Of a DNA stretch of 27,088 bases, positions 1-9,905 are shown in pieces (the first letter of the stretch is position 1; the number at the start of each line of letters is the position of its first letter). The notes under the pieces are model-generated. The model searched no databases and had not been told where the DNA came from. It was given only the letters and a program-made list of their open reading frames with translations. Origin of the DNA: a virus (taxonomy: Duplodnaviria > Caudoviricetes); IMG/VR virus record IMGVR_UViG_3300005611_000167, positions 1 to 27,088 of that record, one strand, 5' to 3'. Both the position numbers and the translations under genes were made by a program.

Positions 1-43
1 CCAAGAAATCAACGTATTAGCACTAATGGGTAAAACGGTATGA
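1..43 (+). CDS. 3' end of upstream virion gene (probably tail tubular/nozzle protein), partial
   Basis: Frame from base 2 reads QEINVLALMGKTV then TGA at 41-43, overlapping the next ATG (ATGA). Product inferred only from position. Confidence 0.5.
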   Translation, partial: QEINVLALMGKTV

Positions 44-273
44 GTAATTATACAAAGACTACAAACTTTACCGCTAAGGACACTTTGCCTTCTGGAGACA
101 GCGGTAAGATCATTCGGGGTAGTGAGTTTGACACTGAGTTTGACGCAATCGCAACAGCCAGTGCAACCAAAGCTGACTTAGCTTCTCCTACATTCACGGG
201 TACTGTAACAATCCCTAACCTCACGTTTACGGGAACTCTGTCTACAGGGACGATTGACGGAGGGACTTACTGA
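40..273 (+). CDS. small virion protein resembling a tail-fibre N-terminal segment
   Basis: 77 aa, Thr-rich, with EFDAIATA..KADLASPTFTG typical of phage fibre/adaptor segments; coupled to both neighbours. Confidence 0.6.
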   Translation: MSNYTKTTNFTAKDTLPSGDSGKIIRGSEFDTEFDAIATASATKADLASPTFTGTVTIPNLTFTGTLSTGTIDGGTY

Positions 274-1856
274 TGATTACAGGCGGACCCACAGATCCAG
301 CTACTACAACCAGCACAGGTAGTACGGGCAGTAATTTAGTTCAAGGACTATTGGGCGCACTGGGCATTGGTGCTACTGCTTTTGGTGGCGGTGCGCTAAC
401 TCAGGACGCTTATCAAAGACTAGGTGAAATAGGACAACAAGCTGTACTAGGCACCACTGTAACAGACGAAACAGGGGCATCTCAATACATTCCCGGTGCT
501 GCACAGCTGGCCGCAGAGTCTCTTGGTCTGTCTCAGTTTAGACCCTTCACAGTTACAACAGCTACTGGTGGACAGTTCGGTGTTACCCCGCAGGTAGATC
601 CTACTACTGGTGTAGTTACCGGATTAGGCACAACAATGGGTTTGTCACCAGCAGAGCAACAGCTTCAGCAGACTCTTATGGGTCAAGCAGCAACTGGCTT
701 AGGCGCTACACCTTTTGGTCAGCAGATGGGTCAACAGGCAGCAACATCTGCGTTTGGTTTAGGTAGTCAGTTCATGGGCGCTGCCGGACAACAACCGTTT
801 GACCTTAACTTGTTGCGCGGTCAGTTTGCAGGACAAGTCGGTGGACTGCTTGGGCAGCAGCCTAGCCCAGCTATAGGTCAGTTCGGACAACAAGCGTTGA
901 GCATGGGACAAGCGGGTTTAGGCGCTATGGCTCCTGCTGACGTAGAAGCGCTTAGGCAGCAGTACGGTGGACTCGCTGGACAAGCAGCGCAAGACGTACT
1001 AATGCCTAATGCACAGCGCGAGGCTGATGTTTTTGAGCGTATTAGGGCTACACAGCGTCCTGAGGAAGAGCGTCAGCGGCTACAGTTAGAAGAGCGTCTA
1101 GCGCAACAAGGGCGTTTAGGTGTACGTACAGCAATGTTTGGCGGTACGCCAGAGCAAATGGCGTTGTCTAGGGCGCAAGAAGAAGCGCAAGACAGAGCTT
1201 CACTGATGGCAATGCAGCAAGCACAGGCAGAACGCCAGCAGGCTCTAGGCACTGCACAGACTCTCGGTGGTATGTTTGGTCAACAAGCAGGACTCTCTAG
1301 CCAGCTTCAGTCAGCAGCGCAACAACGTGCAGCACAGCTTTCACAGCTTGGATTCAGCGCACAACAGATTGAGTCTCAGTTGCAGTCTGAAGGACTCAGC
1401 AGGGCAGCTACAGCGGCTGGTCAGGCAGGACAGCTGGCACAGCTTGCTGGTGGATTGCAGGCTCAACAGGCAGGCTTGGGCGCACAGTACGCTAGTTTGG
1501 GTAGTCAGCTGGCTATGCAGAATCTTGCAGCACAGCAGGCACAACAGCAGTTAGGTCTTGGTGCGCTGACTGGCGCTTATATGCCACAGGCACAGCTTCT
1601 GAACGCAATGCAGGCACAGCAGTTGTACCCGCAGTTGCAGCAGCAGGCTCAGTTGTTCGGCACAGGCCAGTACGGTGAGACTATGATGAGTGGTCTTGAG
1701 GCTCGACTGATTGCTGAACAAGCACGAGCTAACTTACTTGGCGGTATAGGTTCAGGACTGTTGGGCGGCTTGTTTAGCCCGATTGCTACAGCAGGCGGTG
1801 GAGTAGGCTCGCTGTTCGGTAGCATACTTGGCGACATTTTTGACGGAGGAGGCTAA
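273..1856 (+). CDS. internal virion (DNA ejection/pilot) protein, Gln/Gly/Ala-rich
   Basis: 527 aa; hydrophobic Gly-rich segments at both ends and long Q/A helical centre; TGATG coupling and GGAGG SD; position after tail genes. Confidence 0.65.
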   Translation: MITGGPTDPATTTSTGSTGSNLVQGLLGALGIGATAFGGGALTQDAYQRLGEIGQQAVLGTTVTDETGASQYIPGAAQLAAESLGLSQFRPFTVTTATGGQFGVTPQVDPTTGVVTGLGTTMGLSPAEQQLQQTLMGQAATGLGATPFGQQMGQQAATSAFGLGSQFMGAAGQQPFDLNLLRGQFAGQVGGLLGQQPSPAIGQFGQQALSMGQAGLGAMAPADVEALRQQYGGLAGQAAQDVLMPNAQREADVFERIRATQRPEEERQRLQLEERLAQQGRLGVRTAMFGGTPEQMALSRAQEEAQDRASLMAMQQAQAERQQALGTAQTLGGMFGQQAGLSSQLQSAAQQRAAQLSQLGFSAQQIESQLQSEGLSRAATAAGQAGQLAQLAGGLQAQQAGLGAQYASLGSQLAMQNLAAQQAQQQLGLGALTGAYMPQAQLLNAMQAQQLYPQLQQQAQLFGTGQYGETMMSGLEARLIAEQARANLLGGIGSGLLGGLFSPIATAGGGVGSLFGSILGDIFDGGG

Positions 1857-1858
1857 TC

Positions 1859-3166
1859 GTGGCTAGATTTTCACAAACATTTTTACAGGGACTTCTGCAG
1901 CCTACGTATCAACAAGGGCTGTTTGAGGCTGCTAAGGGTCTTGGGCAGACTCCCGCTATTATGGGTTTGCAAAAGGAGCAAGAGCAACAACGGCAGAAAA
2001 TGTCTGAGATATACAGTACGGCTATGCAGCCCGGAGTAACTTCTACTCAACTTCTGCAAGCAGCGCGACAACTGTCAGCAGCAGGTAGAACAGAAGAGGC
2101 TTTAGCGTTAGCTAATCAAGCTAGACAACTCAGCCAAACCGAAGCATCTCAAGTTCAACTACAGCAAAGACAGGAATCTATTTCAGAGTCTGCCCGAAAA
2201 CTAGGACTTCCTGAATTAGCAGAAAGAGCACTGCAAACAACAGATGAAGAATCTCTGAGGGCAATACAGAAAGACTTGAGGGCGTTTGAAAGAGAGGAAA
2301 TTCTCAAGACTCGGGGACTGCCCGGAAGAAAAGCACTATTGAAAAATGCGGGTATAGATTACGACCCAAAAGTTCACGATGGAATGTCGGACGACGGTAT
2401 CTTGAAACTCCTAGAAGGGTATGATGCTGAGTTAAAATCTTTCATAAATGCCAACAACGAAGAAGTTATGTTAGAAGTTGATAAGCAGGGCAGAGTCAGG
2501 GACCCGAATACAGACACTTTTGTAAGAGCAAGCGAGCTACAGTTACGCCGCGCCCCTAACAGACAGCAGGTGGAAAACGTAGTTAATTATACCAACGAAA
2601 AACTTGCGGAAGCCGGGGTAAAGCGTTACAATGATTTGGCTAACGCTGCTGACGATGCAAGCAGTATGATTAATAATATTACTGAGGTAATGCCTAATCT
2701 AGACGACATGGTTACTGGCAAGCTGGCTAATGCTGAAATGTTTATTAGAAGCTCTAAGCAAGCCATTGCTGCCGCTGTTGGTCTTGATCCAAGCGACCCT
2801 ACACTAGAAAACACACAGCAGTTTATAGCGCTTGCTGCGCCTAGGGTTGCTACCATCATCAAAGACTTTGGTGCAGGCACTGGATTGTCAGATGCAGACA
2901 GAGAATTTGCTCAACTTTCTGCAGGCGGCGACATTACAATGACTGCAACAGCCTTGAGAAACATTCTTAAAATTCTAAAGGACGACGCAGATAGGACTTT
3001 GACTTTGTTTGACGATATTACAGAAGACATAAGAAACGATCAAGGAGTAGATCCTCTGATTTTCTTTCGTATTCCTGCTTTAAAAACGCAGCCTACAATT
3101 CAACAGCCAACAAAAGCAACACCTGCTGACGTTCCTGAATTACCTCCGGGTGCAACCTTAGACTGA
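1859..3166 (+). CDS. putative internal virion/ejection protein
   Basis: 435 aa, GTG start after GGAGGAGG; helical; in the ejection cluster. Confidence 0.6.
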   Translation: MARFSQTFLQGLLQPTYQQGLFEAAKGLGQTPAIMGLQKEQEQQRQKMSEIYSTAMQPGVTSTQLLQAARQLSAAGRTEEALALANQARQLSQTEASQVQLQQRQESISESARKLGLPELAERALQTTDEESLRAIQKDLRAFEREEILKTRGLPGRKALLKNAGIDYDPKVHDGMSDDGILKLLEGYDAELKSFINANNEEVMLEVDKQGRVRDPNTDTFVRASELQLRRAPNRQQVENVVNYTNEKLAEAGVKRYNDLANAADDASSMINNITEVMPNLDDMVTGKLANAEMFIRSSKQAIAAAVGLDPSDPTLENTQQFIALAAPRVATIIKDFGAGTGLSDADREFAQLSAGGDITMTATALRNILKILKDDADRTLTLFDDITEDIRNDQGVDPLIFFRIPALKTQPTIQQPTKATPADVPELPPGATLD

Positions 3167-3173
3167 GGCTCTT

Positions 3174-4787
3174 ATGCAAACAGCTACTAATCAACAAACA
3201 GGCCAAAGATACTATCTTGACCCTGAGACAAATGAGTGGACTGAAATGCAAACCGCTACCGTACAGCGGACAGGACAAAAGTTTGGTCTTATCGGCGGTC
3301 AGTGGGTAGAAGTAGAAAAGGGACGCGCACAAGAGGAAGCAGAGCGTATGACTGCTTTTATGGAGCGTGTTCCTGAGTCTATTGAACGCGGCATAGAGGA
3401 ATACAAAGAGCGTACTGACGCTTTACGTATCGGCGGTTACGAGCCCAGCGCCTCACAAAAAGTTAGCACTGCTATTGCTACAGCCGGCATGACAGCGGGT
3501 GATATTATTACCGACTTTGCTATAACTTCACTACCCAACTCTGTACGAGCGGGGGCAGAACAGTTGTTTGGAGAAGTTAAAAATACTCAGTCTTTTCAAA
3601 CGGCAGCTGATATGGCACAAAAGGGTTTAGAGGCTTACGAACAGTTTAAGCAAGAAAACCCAGCCGCTGCTGCTACGTTTGAGAATGTAATTGACGTTTC
3701 TGTTTTATTTAGTCCGCGTCCTGATCTGAAGGTTTTGGAGGCTCCTGCTGAAAGAGCCGCAGGTAAAGCAAGCCGACTGCGTTTTGAAAATAGGCGACAG
3801 GGTATTAATCAACTACTTGCTCCAGAAACTTTAAAACCAAATGAGAGAACAGCGCCTACTGGATTCCTAGGAAGGGAGCAGTATGTGCCTGACAGAGAAA
3901 CAATGACCATTACCGGGATACTTGAGGGAATACCTGACGTAGACCCAAAGGCCTCTTATCATCACAACATGAGAGCAGTACAAGACCACATTACAGAGCA
4001 GGCTAAAAAGCTACGTCAGTTTATTGTACGCTCTAATAACCCCCGTATACGTAAAAACGACTTGGCAGCAGAGATGGGGCAAGCCATAGAAGAATACACT
4101 AAGTCGTCGGGTTATAGGGGAATAACGCCAGATGCTCAAAAGATTGTGCAAGCGTTGGCTGAAGATGCTCTAACTTTAGTATCTCGGTCAGGAACTAAAA
4201 ACACTGTTTCTGCTATGGACTTGCTCAACATTCGTCAAGAGTTTGATGACCTGATAAACGAGGCGTACGCAGGTGTTTTGGAAGCTACGTCAGCGTCTGC
4301 AAGATCAAAGGCATCTCGCGTAGTTAGGAACATTCTTAACGACAAACTAAAAGAGTTGACTCCCGGTGATGACGCTCGTCAGTTACTAGACAGACAGCAC
4401 AACGCATATCTTGCCCGTGATCGTATGAACAACAAAAGAAACAAAGAGGCTAACACTACTTTGGGAATTGTTGCTCGTAGGCTCAAAGACGCGGCTCTTC
4501 TACCGTCTACTTTAGGTTCGCTGTATTTTACAGGCAAAACCTTTGTTGAAGGTGCTGGTGGAATTGGCGCTGTTGCAGTGGGTGGTGCAGCAGGATTAGG
4601 AATTTATGGGACCATTCGGATGCTGTCAAAGCAGAACAGGCTAGACATATACGCTGAAACACTTTCTAGTTTGAACAAGCTGATACGCAATACTAAAGAA
4701 TCTGATAAACTGTTTGAGCTAAAGGCACACAGATTAGTAATCTTAGATTTGCTACGAGGAGAGCAGGAGTCTACCGAAGATGAGTAA
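3174..4787 (+). CDS. putative internal virion/ejection protein
   Basis: 537 aa, GAGG SD; N-terminal duplication MQTATNQQTGQR / MQTATVQRTGQK; C-terminal Gly-rich hydrophobic stretch. Confidence 0.6.
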   Translation: MQTATNQQTGQRYYLDPETNEWTEMQTATVQRTGQKFGLIGGQWVEVEKGRAQEEAERMTAFMERVPESIERGIEEYKERTDALRIGGYEPSASQKVSTAIATAGMTAGDIITDFAITSLPNSVRAGAEQLFGEVKNTQSFQTAADMAQKGLEAYEQFKQENPAAAATFENVIDVSVLFSPRPDLKVLEAPAERAAGKASRLRFENRRQGINQLLAPETLKPNERTAPTGFLGREQYVPDRETMTITGILEGIPDVDPKASYHHNMRAVQDHITEQAKKLRQFIVRSNNPRIRKNDLAAEMGQAIEEYTKSSGYRGITPDAQKIVQALAEDALTLVSRSGTKNTVSAMDLLNIRQEFDDLINEAYAGVLEATSASARSKASRVVRNILNDKLKELTPGDDARQLLDRQHNAYLARDRMNNKRNKEANTTLGIVARRLKDAALLPSTLGSLYFTGKTFVEGAGGIGAVAVGGAAGLGIYGTIRMLSKQNRLDIYAETLSSLNKLIRNTKESDKLFELKAHRLVILDLLRGEQESTEDE

Positions 4788-6465
4788 GGAAGACTTATAC
4801 GAATTGCGTAAGCAGTACAGAGAAAGCGCTAGGCAGAAAGAGAGAGAGTACTCAAAATCTGCCGTAAAAACAACTACGGACACGCTGGCCTACATAGACG
4901 AACAAATGATTAGGCCTGTTAGAAGAGCTATTGGCGCGAGCGCAGATGAGTTTATATCGGGTGATGTGTCTTTCTCAAGGCCCAGCGTTACCGGCGTAAA
5001 CATGAGTGATCCGACTAAACAGCTGCCTGACAGGGTAATGGAAAAAGAAAACGTAAACACTTTCCTAGACACAGTGCTCCACCCAACAAACGCGGCAGGT
5101 GCTGGGCTATTTACAGGAGGCACAAAAGCTGTTAATAGACTAACAGGGGCGCTTTCTGGTAGAGGCATGGTTGCGTCTTCTCCTCGCAATTATATACCTA
5201 ATTACTACGGGGCTAAAGATATACCAGAGGGGACAACTCCAAGCAAGTTCGATAAGGCGGTCTTTGAAAATAGAGATATGTTAGCAGGACTATCTTCTGC
5301 TGTTCCGAAAGTAGGTCCTAGACTTGCCACTAAACTGACACAAGCAAAAAACGCTGAAGACATAATGAAAGGGAGAACAACTACCGCTGACTTTACTAAG
5401 TGGGGTATACAGGGGTTAGCTAGAGCACTGGACAATCTGATGAGTCCTGAGGCTAGGGCACTGTACAGAGATACTGAGATAAACAGATCATTTAGAGACG
5501 ATGTTAGAGAGCTGTTGCAAGATGAAGCTGCTATGTCAGGCACAAGCAGAAGGCCTCAAACAAAAGCTGTTGCCCAAGGTCAGTTTAACTACTTGGTTGG
5601 TGAACAAGCTGGAAGAGAGGGTGCGAGAACAAGGGCGCTTGAAGAAATACGTAAGCGAAGTTACCTGACTGAAGCTGTGCCTTTTGAAGAAGGTTCGTAC
5701 AGCGGCCTAATCATGGGTCAAAAACTCAGTGGTACGGTTGAGGACGCCGTAGGTCGCTCTAGAAAACTTACGCCGCGTAAAGCCGATTTAGACTTTATTG
5801 AAGATCACATAGGCAACGTGTGGAAAGGCAGAGGAGAAGAAAAGTTTAGAGACGCCGCGACGCCTAAAATAGTCATCAAAGCACCCACGGGTAAGTATAC
5901 GGGTAATCACCAGTTTGACTTTAGGCAAAAAAGTGGCGTTTTTCCACTTATGAAAAAAATCTTTGGTGAGAATAAGAACCCGACAAGGGAAGAGTTTTCC
6001 AAGCTGCTAAAAAAACACCAAAACGACAAGGTAAAAGTTCACCCCAATTCAAACTCTGAGTCAGGGTTTTGGGTTACTGGTTCATTTGAAGGAACCGCAG
6101 TGACTGAGGGCGGTGTAAACTTTATAGCCAAAGTGCAGCCTAACGGCAGAATTATGGCTGTAGTGTCTGATGAGCATAACTTTTTGGAGAAAACCCCTGT
6201 CGTCGGGTCTGTTGTGGAGGATGCACTACCTAATAGAGTTGTAGCTGCTACTCCCCCTATGTTTTTTGATACAAAATCAGCGGCAACAACAAAGGCTGCA
6301 AAAGCAGAGACAGGGGAGCAAAAGTACACAGAGCTTCTGCAAGAAATAGCTAGGACTAAACCCAGAAAAGAAGTACTAAGAGCAGAACAAGCTAGGCAGG
6401 CCGGTGCCGGTATGCTGGTTGGACGTATGGCGACAGGAGGCCAAAATGAAGAAGAACAAAGATAA
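4780..6465 (+). CDS. putative internal virion protein of unknown function
   Basis: 561 aa, AGGAG SD, overlaps upstream stop; last large gene of the structural arm. Confidence 0.55.
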   Translation: MSKEDLYELRKQYRESARQKEREYSKSAVKTTTDTLAYIDEQMIRPVRRAIGASADEFISGDVSFSRPSVTGVNMSDPTKQLPDRVMEKENVNTFLDTVLHPTNAAGAGLFTGGTKAVNRLTGALSGRGMVASSPRNYIPNYYGAKDIPEGTTPSKFDKAVFENRDMLAGLSSAVPKVGPRLATKLTQAKNAEDIMKGRTTTADFTKWGIQGLARALDNLMSPEARALYRDTEINRSFRDDVRELLQDEAAMSGTSRRPQTKAVAQGQFNYLVGEQAGREGARTRALEEIRKRSYLTEAVPFEEGSYSGLIMGQKLSGTVEDAVGRSRKLTPRKADLDFIEDHIGNVWKGRGEEKFRDAATPKIVIKAPTGKYTGNHQFDFRQKSGVFPLMKKIFGENKNPTREEFSKLLKKHQNDKVKVHPNSNSESGFWVTGSFEGTAVTEGGVNFIAKVQPNGRIMAVVSDEHNFLEKTPVVGSVVEDALPNRVVAATPPMFFDTKSAATTKAAKAETGEQKYTELLQEIARTKPRKEVLRAEQARQAGAGMLVGRMATGGQNEEEQR

Positions 6466-6631
6466 GCACACAGTAGAGTACACCTCTATCGACTACCACA
6501 GTATGTGTCAGAAGTCAAAGGAACGCATCAAGAAGATGCAGGCTGAAGGAATACCTACGCCCCATGACCCGAAAGACAAGCCAGAGGACGTAGGCAAAAG
6601 CAACGGTTACTCTATATTCTTCATGTCGTAA
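6446..6631 (+). CDS. hypothetical protein (61 aa), last gene of plus arm
   Basis: AGGAGG at 6435-6440 precedes ATG 6446, a better start than 6404. Confidence 0.6.
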   Translation: MKKNKDKHTVEYTSIDYHSMCQKSKERIKKMQAEGIPTPHDPKDKPEDVGKSNGYSIFFMS

Positions 6632-6633
6632 CG

Positions 6634-8499
6634 CTATAACTCACAGTTGTTACCTGTGCAGGCCAGTTGCTGTGACCCCTCAGTCATATCGCTGGCCTCT
6701 TCTATATCCCACGATATTTCCTTAGGAAAGTCCTTGACCAGCTGGTTGTACGTCTTTTTGTCCACAGGCTCGTACGGTGCCTGCTGGTACGTGTGGTCTG
6801 AGTAGGGCAGGAAAGAGATGCCACTGACCTTATCAAACTTGTTGTACAGCCACTGTCCCACCTCTAGAAACTCCTCATCACGATAGTAGCAGGTCATTGA
6901 TGGCTTATGCTCACACCAGTAGTCCTGATATATCTCCCAGAGATCCAGCTGCTCCATAGCACCCATGTCTGAGGCTGTCACAGCGCCCTCAGGAGACGCG
7001 ATAGGGAAGCTGAATACCCGTGTACTGGGGGACATTAGATCGTCCTCCACAGGGACACCAGCGGCCTCTAGGACGCTACAAAGTGGGTCACGAGCGTCTG
7101 CACGGACTCTGCGAATATATTGACTGCTGTAGCGAGGGTGAATCCCACTAGCAGAATCGACCAGCTGACTAACAGTACCGCTAGGCTTGACCGCAGTAAT
7201 AGCGGTAGAAGGGTTAATCCCTAGTTTCTTAGCCCACTGCTCGTTGGTAACGATAGCTTCATTACGCATCTCCGTAAGCCACTTCTTCAGCTTTGCCTTG
7301 TCCTCTCGTCCTGACAGGATAGGATGATCCATGATACCCGTGAGGGACACCCCTAGCAACGCCTCTTCCTCTGTGTTAGTCTTCCAGATGTTACGCAGGT
7401 AACGGAAGTCAGTCAACGTCGCCTGTAGAGTTCCAAGGATAGACGCAATACGTACCTTTCGTTTGAGGTTTGCGAGAGTATCGGTTGGCCTGATAACAAC
7501 TTCAGACAAGTTGCAGAATTGATAGGGTCTGAGGATGATTTCGCTACATGGATTAGTTCCAAAATCATAGGTAGCATCTCGTCGCTCGTTCTTTGCAGCT
7601 TGCTTTTGACTTGCGACTCTAGAGAACACACCTCGTTCTCCTGATCTTGATTCATACAGGCTTGTCCATTCGTTTAAAAACGCCTCAAAGTCAGGCTTCT
7701 CTGTGTAACACGCTGAGTTGTTAGCTAGTCCTCGCTGTGGTTCATCGACCCACCACTGTCCGTGCTTGCATCGTCTGATGCGGTCATCGGTGAGGTTACT
7801 GAGGCTGATGAGGGCTGACCTTCGGACTCCTCCGACGACGACGATTTGAGCAATCTTGCAGCAAAGATCGTGGCACTCAATGGACGTAAGTTTTCGTCCA
7901 GCTGCTCCTTGAAAGAGTTCAACTGTGAACTTGAAAAGATCGATGAGAGGTTCAGGACCACTTGCACGGCCTCCGAAAGTCTTGAGCGGGGCACCTGCAG
8001 GTCTAACTCTGCTAACGTCCCATTCGGGAATTTGACCTGAGTACAGCAGTGATACCAACTCCCTAAACGATTTCGCCCATCCGATCTTCGAATCTGCAAC
8101 ATTAATAACTGTGTCGGTTGCATGGAATGTCTCCGCTACATCTGGTAGTTTTGTTATGTACTGACGCTCGACACTGAAGCCTACCCCTGTTCCGCATAGC
8201 AAGACGTACATCAGTTCGTCAAAGGCCTTGGGGTGGTCTATAGGCAGGTAGCTACAGTTGAACCCTGCTACGTTGTCACGCTCCAGTGCCTCACCAGCAG
8301 TCATCAGTGCCCTCATGCTGGGCATTACGTCCAGCTTGTGTATGGCATCGTACACCTCTTTGCGATCAGTATCTGGCAGATCGTCGCCCCAGAAGTTTAC
8401 GTAACGTGATACTGTTTCTTCCCAAGTCTCCCTGCGTTTCTCCTCAGGCAAGTACCGAGCGTACCGTGACTTGTGTATGTACTGTTGGTATGCGTCCAT
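6634..8499 (-). CDS. nrdJ: class II adenosylcobalamin-dependent ribonucleotide reductase (monomeric RTPR type)
   Basis: FNCSY, GGVRRSA, TNPCSEI, TAVKPSGT motifs and C-terminal CTGNNC redox pair; no nrdB gene nearby. Confidence 0.93.
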   Translation of the reverse strand: MDAYQQYIHKSRYARYLPEEKRRETWEETVSRYVNFWGDDLPDTDRKEVYDAIHKLDVMPSMRALMTAGEALERDNVAGFNCSYLPIDHPKAFDELMYVLLCGTGVGFSVERQYITKLPDVAETFHATDTVINVADSKIGWAKSFRELVSLLYSGQIPEWDVSRVRPAGAPLKTFGGRASGPEPLIDLFKFTVELFQGAAGRKLTSIECHDLCCKIAQIVVVGGVRRSALISLSNLTDDRIRRCKHGQWWVDEPQRGLANNSACYTEKPDFEAFLNEWTSLYESRSGERGVFSRVASQKQAAKNERRDATYDFGTNPCSEIILRPYQFCNLSEVVIRPTDTLANLKRKVRIASILGTLQATLTDFRYLRNIWKTNTEEEALLGVSLTGIMDHPILSGREDKAKLKKWLTEMRNEAIVTNEQWAKKLGINPSTAITAVKPSGTVSQLVDSASGIHPRYSSQYIRRVRADARDPLCSVLEAAGVPVEDDLMSPSTRVFSFPIASPEGAVTASDMGAMEQLDLWEIYQDYWCEHKPSMTCYYRDEEFLEVGQWLYNKFDKVSGISFLPYSDHTYQQAPYEPVDKKTYNQLVKDFPKEISWDIEEASDMTEGSQQLACTGNNCEL

Positions 8500-8763
8500 C
8501 TATTCTGTTACTCCTAGTGTTTCATTAATGATTGCTTGTGCTGCCATCTGTAGCAGCATATATACCCCATCAGGGTACTGCTCATTGGACGCTACTTCAA
8601 ACATCTCACCGTCCTCGTACATGATAACAGCACACTTTACTTTCCTGCCCTCGTTCTCGTGAGCCATAGCCTTACCAACAAACACAGATAAAAACTCTGA
8701 GGTGGGTGTCTCTAGCTTCTCTTCTTTTGTTTTATCACCAAACTTACCTTCAATGACTTTCAT
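8500..8763 (-). CDS. hypothetical protein
   Basis: MKVIEGKFG..., ATG 8763 with GAGGT SD; stop abuts nrdJ start. Confidence 0.7.
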   Translation of the reverse strand: MKVIEGKFGDKTKEEKLETPTSEFLSVFVGKAMAHENEGRKVKCAVIMYEDGEMFEVASNEQYPDGVYMLLQMAAQAIINETLGVTE

Positions 8764-9004
8764 GTTTACCTCTCTTGTGGTACTCCTTGCACACTTGGTC
8801 AAAGGTTTCCCACATTGAATCAAACTTGATCTCGTACAGTTCCTTGATGGCAAAATATTTGTTAATTATTGCGTCAGATGCTGTAGGGCTGATGTGGTCA
8901 TTCCACTCTGCGGAGTCTAGGAAGTATCTAGTTACTAGGTCGATGTCCTTAGTGACGTTTGCGAAATCTAACATCTGCTGCTCTAGGTCAAAGATAGCAC
9001 TCAT
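8750..9004 (-). CDS. hypothetical protein
   Basis: MSAIFDLEQQ..., ATGA overlap with upstream stop, GAGG SD. Confidence 0.7.
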   Translation of the reverse strand: MSAIFDLEQQMLDFANVTKDIDLVTRYFLDSAEWNDHISPTASDAIINKYFAIKELYEIKFDSMWETFDQVCKEYHKRGKHESH

Positions 9005-9357
9005 AAGGCAACCTCTTTGATAAGCCACTCAAGGTAGACACGGGCCTTACGTAAGTCCTCGACACCGTTCTTGTACTCGTAGCGCCAGAGGTACTTCAGG
9101 CAGTTACCCTTGAGATACCCCTTGTACTCCTGCGGGTGCATAGATGCCTTGATAGCTTCGATGGCTTCGATAGCGCCCTTGTTGTAGTGATCTGGTTGAG
9201 TTACGGGATTGTGGTTGTCGTTAGGGTGAAACAGTTTGCCTGTGAAGGTTTTGCTCTTGTTCATCTTGTCCCAGTCTTCTGGTTTAGCATCGTCTATAGA
9301 TTTGTAAGAGGCCACTTCTGTATCTCCGTCTGTGTAAGTTGTCCACTCATTCCGCAT
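9001..9357 (-). CDS. DUF3310 family protein (T7 gp1.7-like nucleotide kinase family)
   Basis: V..PDHY..G.IEAIEAI, GN.LKYLWRY..KNG.EDL.KA..YL signature. Confidence 0.85.
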   Translation of the reverse strand: MRNEWTTYTDGDTEVASYKSIDDAKPEDWDKMNKSKTFTGKLFHPNDNHNPVTQPDHYNKGAIEAIEAIKASMHPQEYKGYLKGNCLKYLWRYEYKNGVEDLRKARVYLEWLIKEVAL

Positions 9358-9520
9358 AATCTTCTTCTAGCTCCTCTTGAAACTGATCTAGTTTACGTAG
9401 GAGCTTGTCCTCAAACCTATCCAGCATCTCTTCAGACGAAATCTGCAGGGCTTCCAGAAGATCATCGGGATCGTATAACCGCAACAGACGCTCCTTAATT
9501 TCTTCTAGTGTCAGAGACAT
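9347..9520 (-). CDS. small acidic helical protein (57 aa), missing from ORF track
   Basis: MSLTLEEIKERLLRLYDPDDLLEALQISSEEMLDRFEDKLLRKLDQFQEELEEDYAE; AAGGAG SD; fills gap between neighbours. Confidence 0.75.
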   Translation of the reverse strand: MSLTLEEIKERLLRLYDPDDLLEALQISSEEMLDRFEDKLLRKLDQFQEELEEDYAE

Positions 9521-9905
9521 AATCAACCAACTCCTTAAGTGTATCTATATTATACCATAGAATCTCGTGTTTGTCACACCATTCTGCCATAGTAAGTTTG
9601 GTACTTTTACTCACTTTCTGATTAGGCTTCATCAGTACAAATATGAGTTCGTGCGTCCACGGGATTGACCTAGAGATCGAGCGATACTTCTGCGTGTCTC
9701 CTGCGCGAAAATATCCTTTGCACTCGATGAGGTAAGTCCGTCCGTTTTGTTCGTACACAAAGTCTGGTGTGTACTTTCGTTCGATGACGTACGGGATCTG
9801 GTACGGCTCGTAGCTAAAGCCAAATGGTTGTAACTGCGTTGCAACATCTTTTTCAAACTCCGACCTAAAGTTTCCTAGTTTAGACTTCCGCGACCTTCGG
9901 CTCAT
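9495..9905 (-). CDS. endonuclease I / Holliday junction resolvase (T7 gp3-like)
   Basis: FRSEFE, YTPDF, IECKG PD-(D/E)XK motifs, W..KH.I.W tail. Confidence 0.85.
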   Translation of the reverse strand: MSRRSRKSKLGNFRSEFEKDVATQLQPFGFSYEPYQIPYVIERKYTPDFVYEQNGRTYLIECKGYFRAGDTQKYRSISRSIPWTHELIFVLMKPNQKVSKSTKLTMAEWCDKHEILWYNIDTLKELVDYVSDTRRN

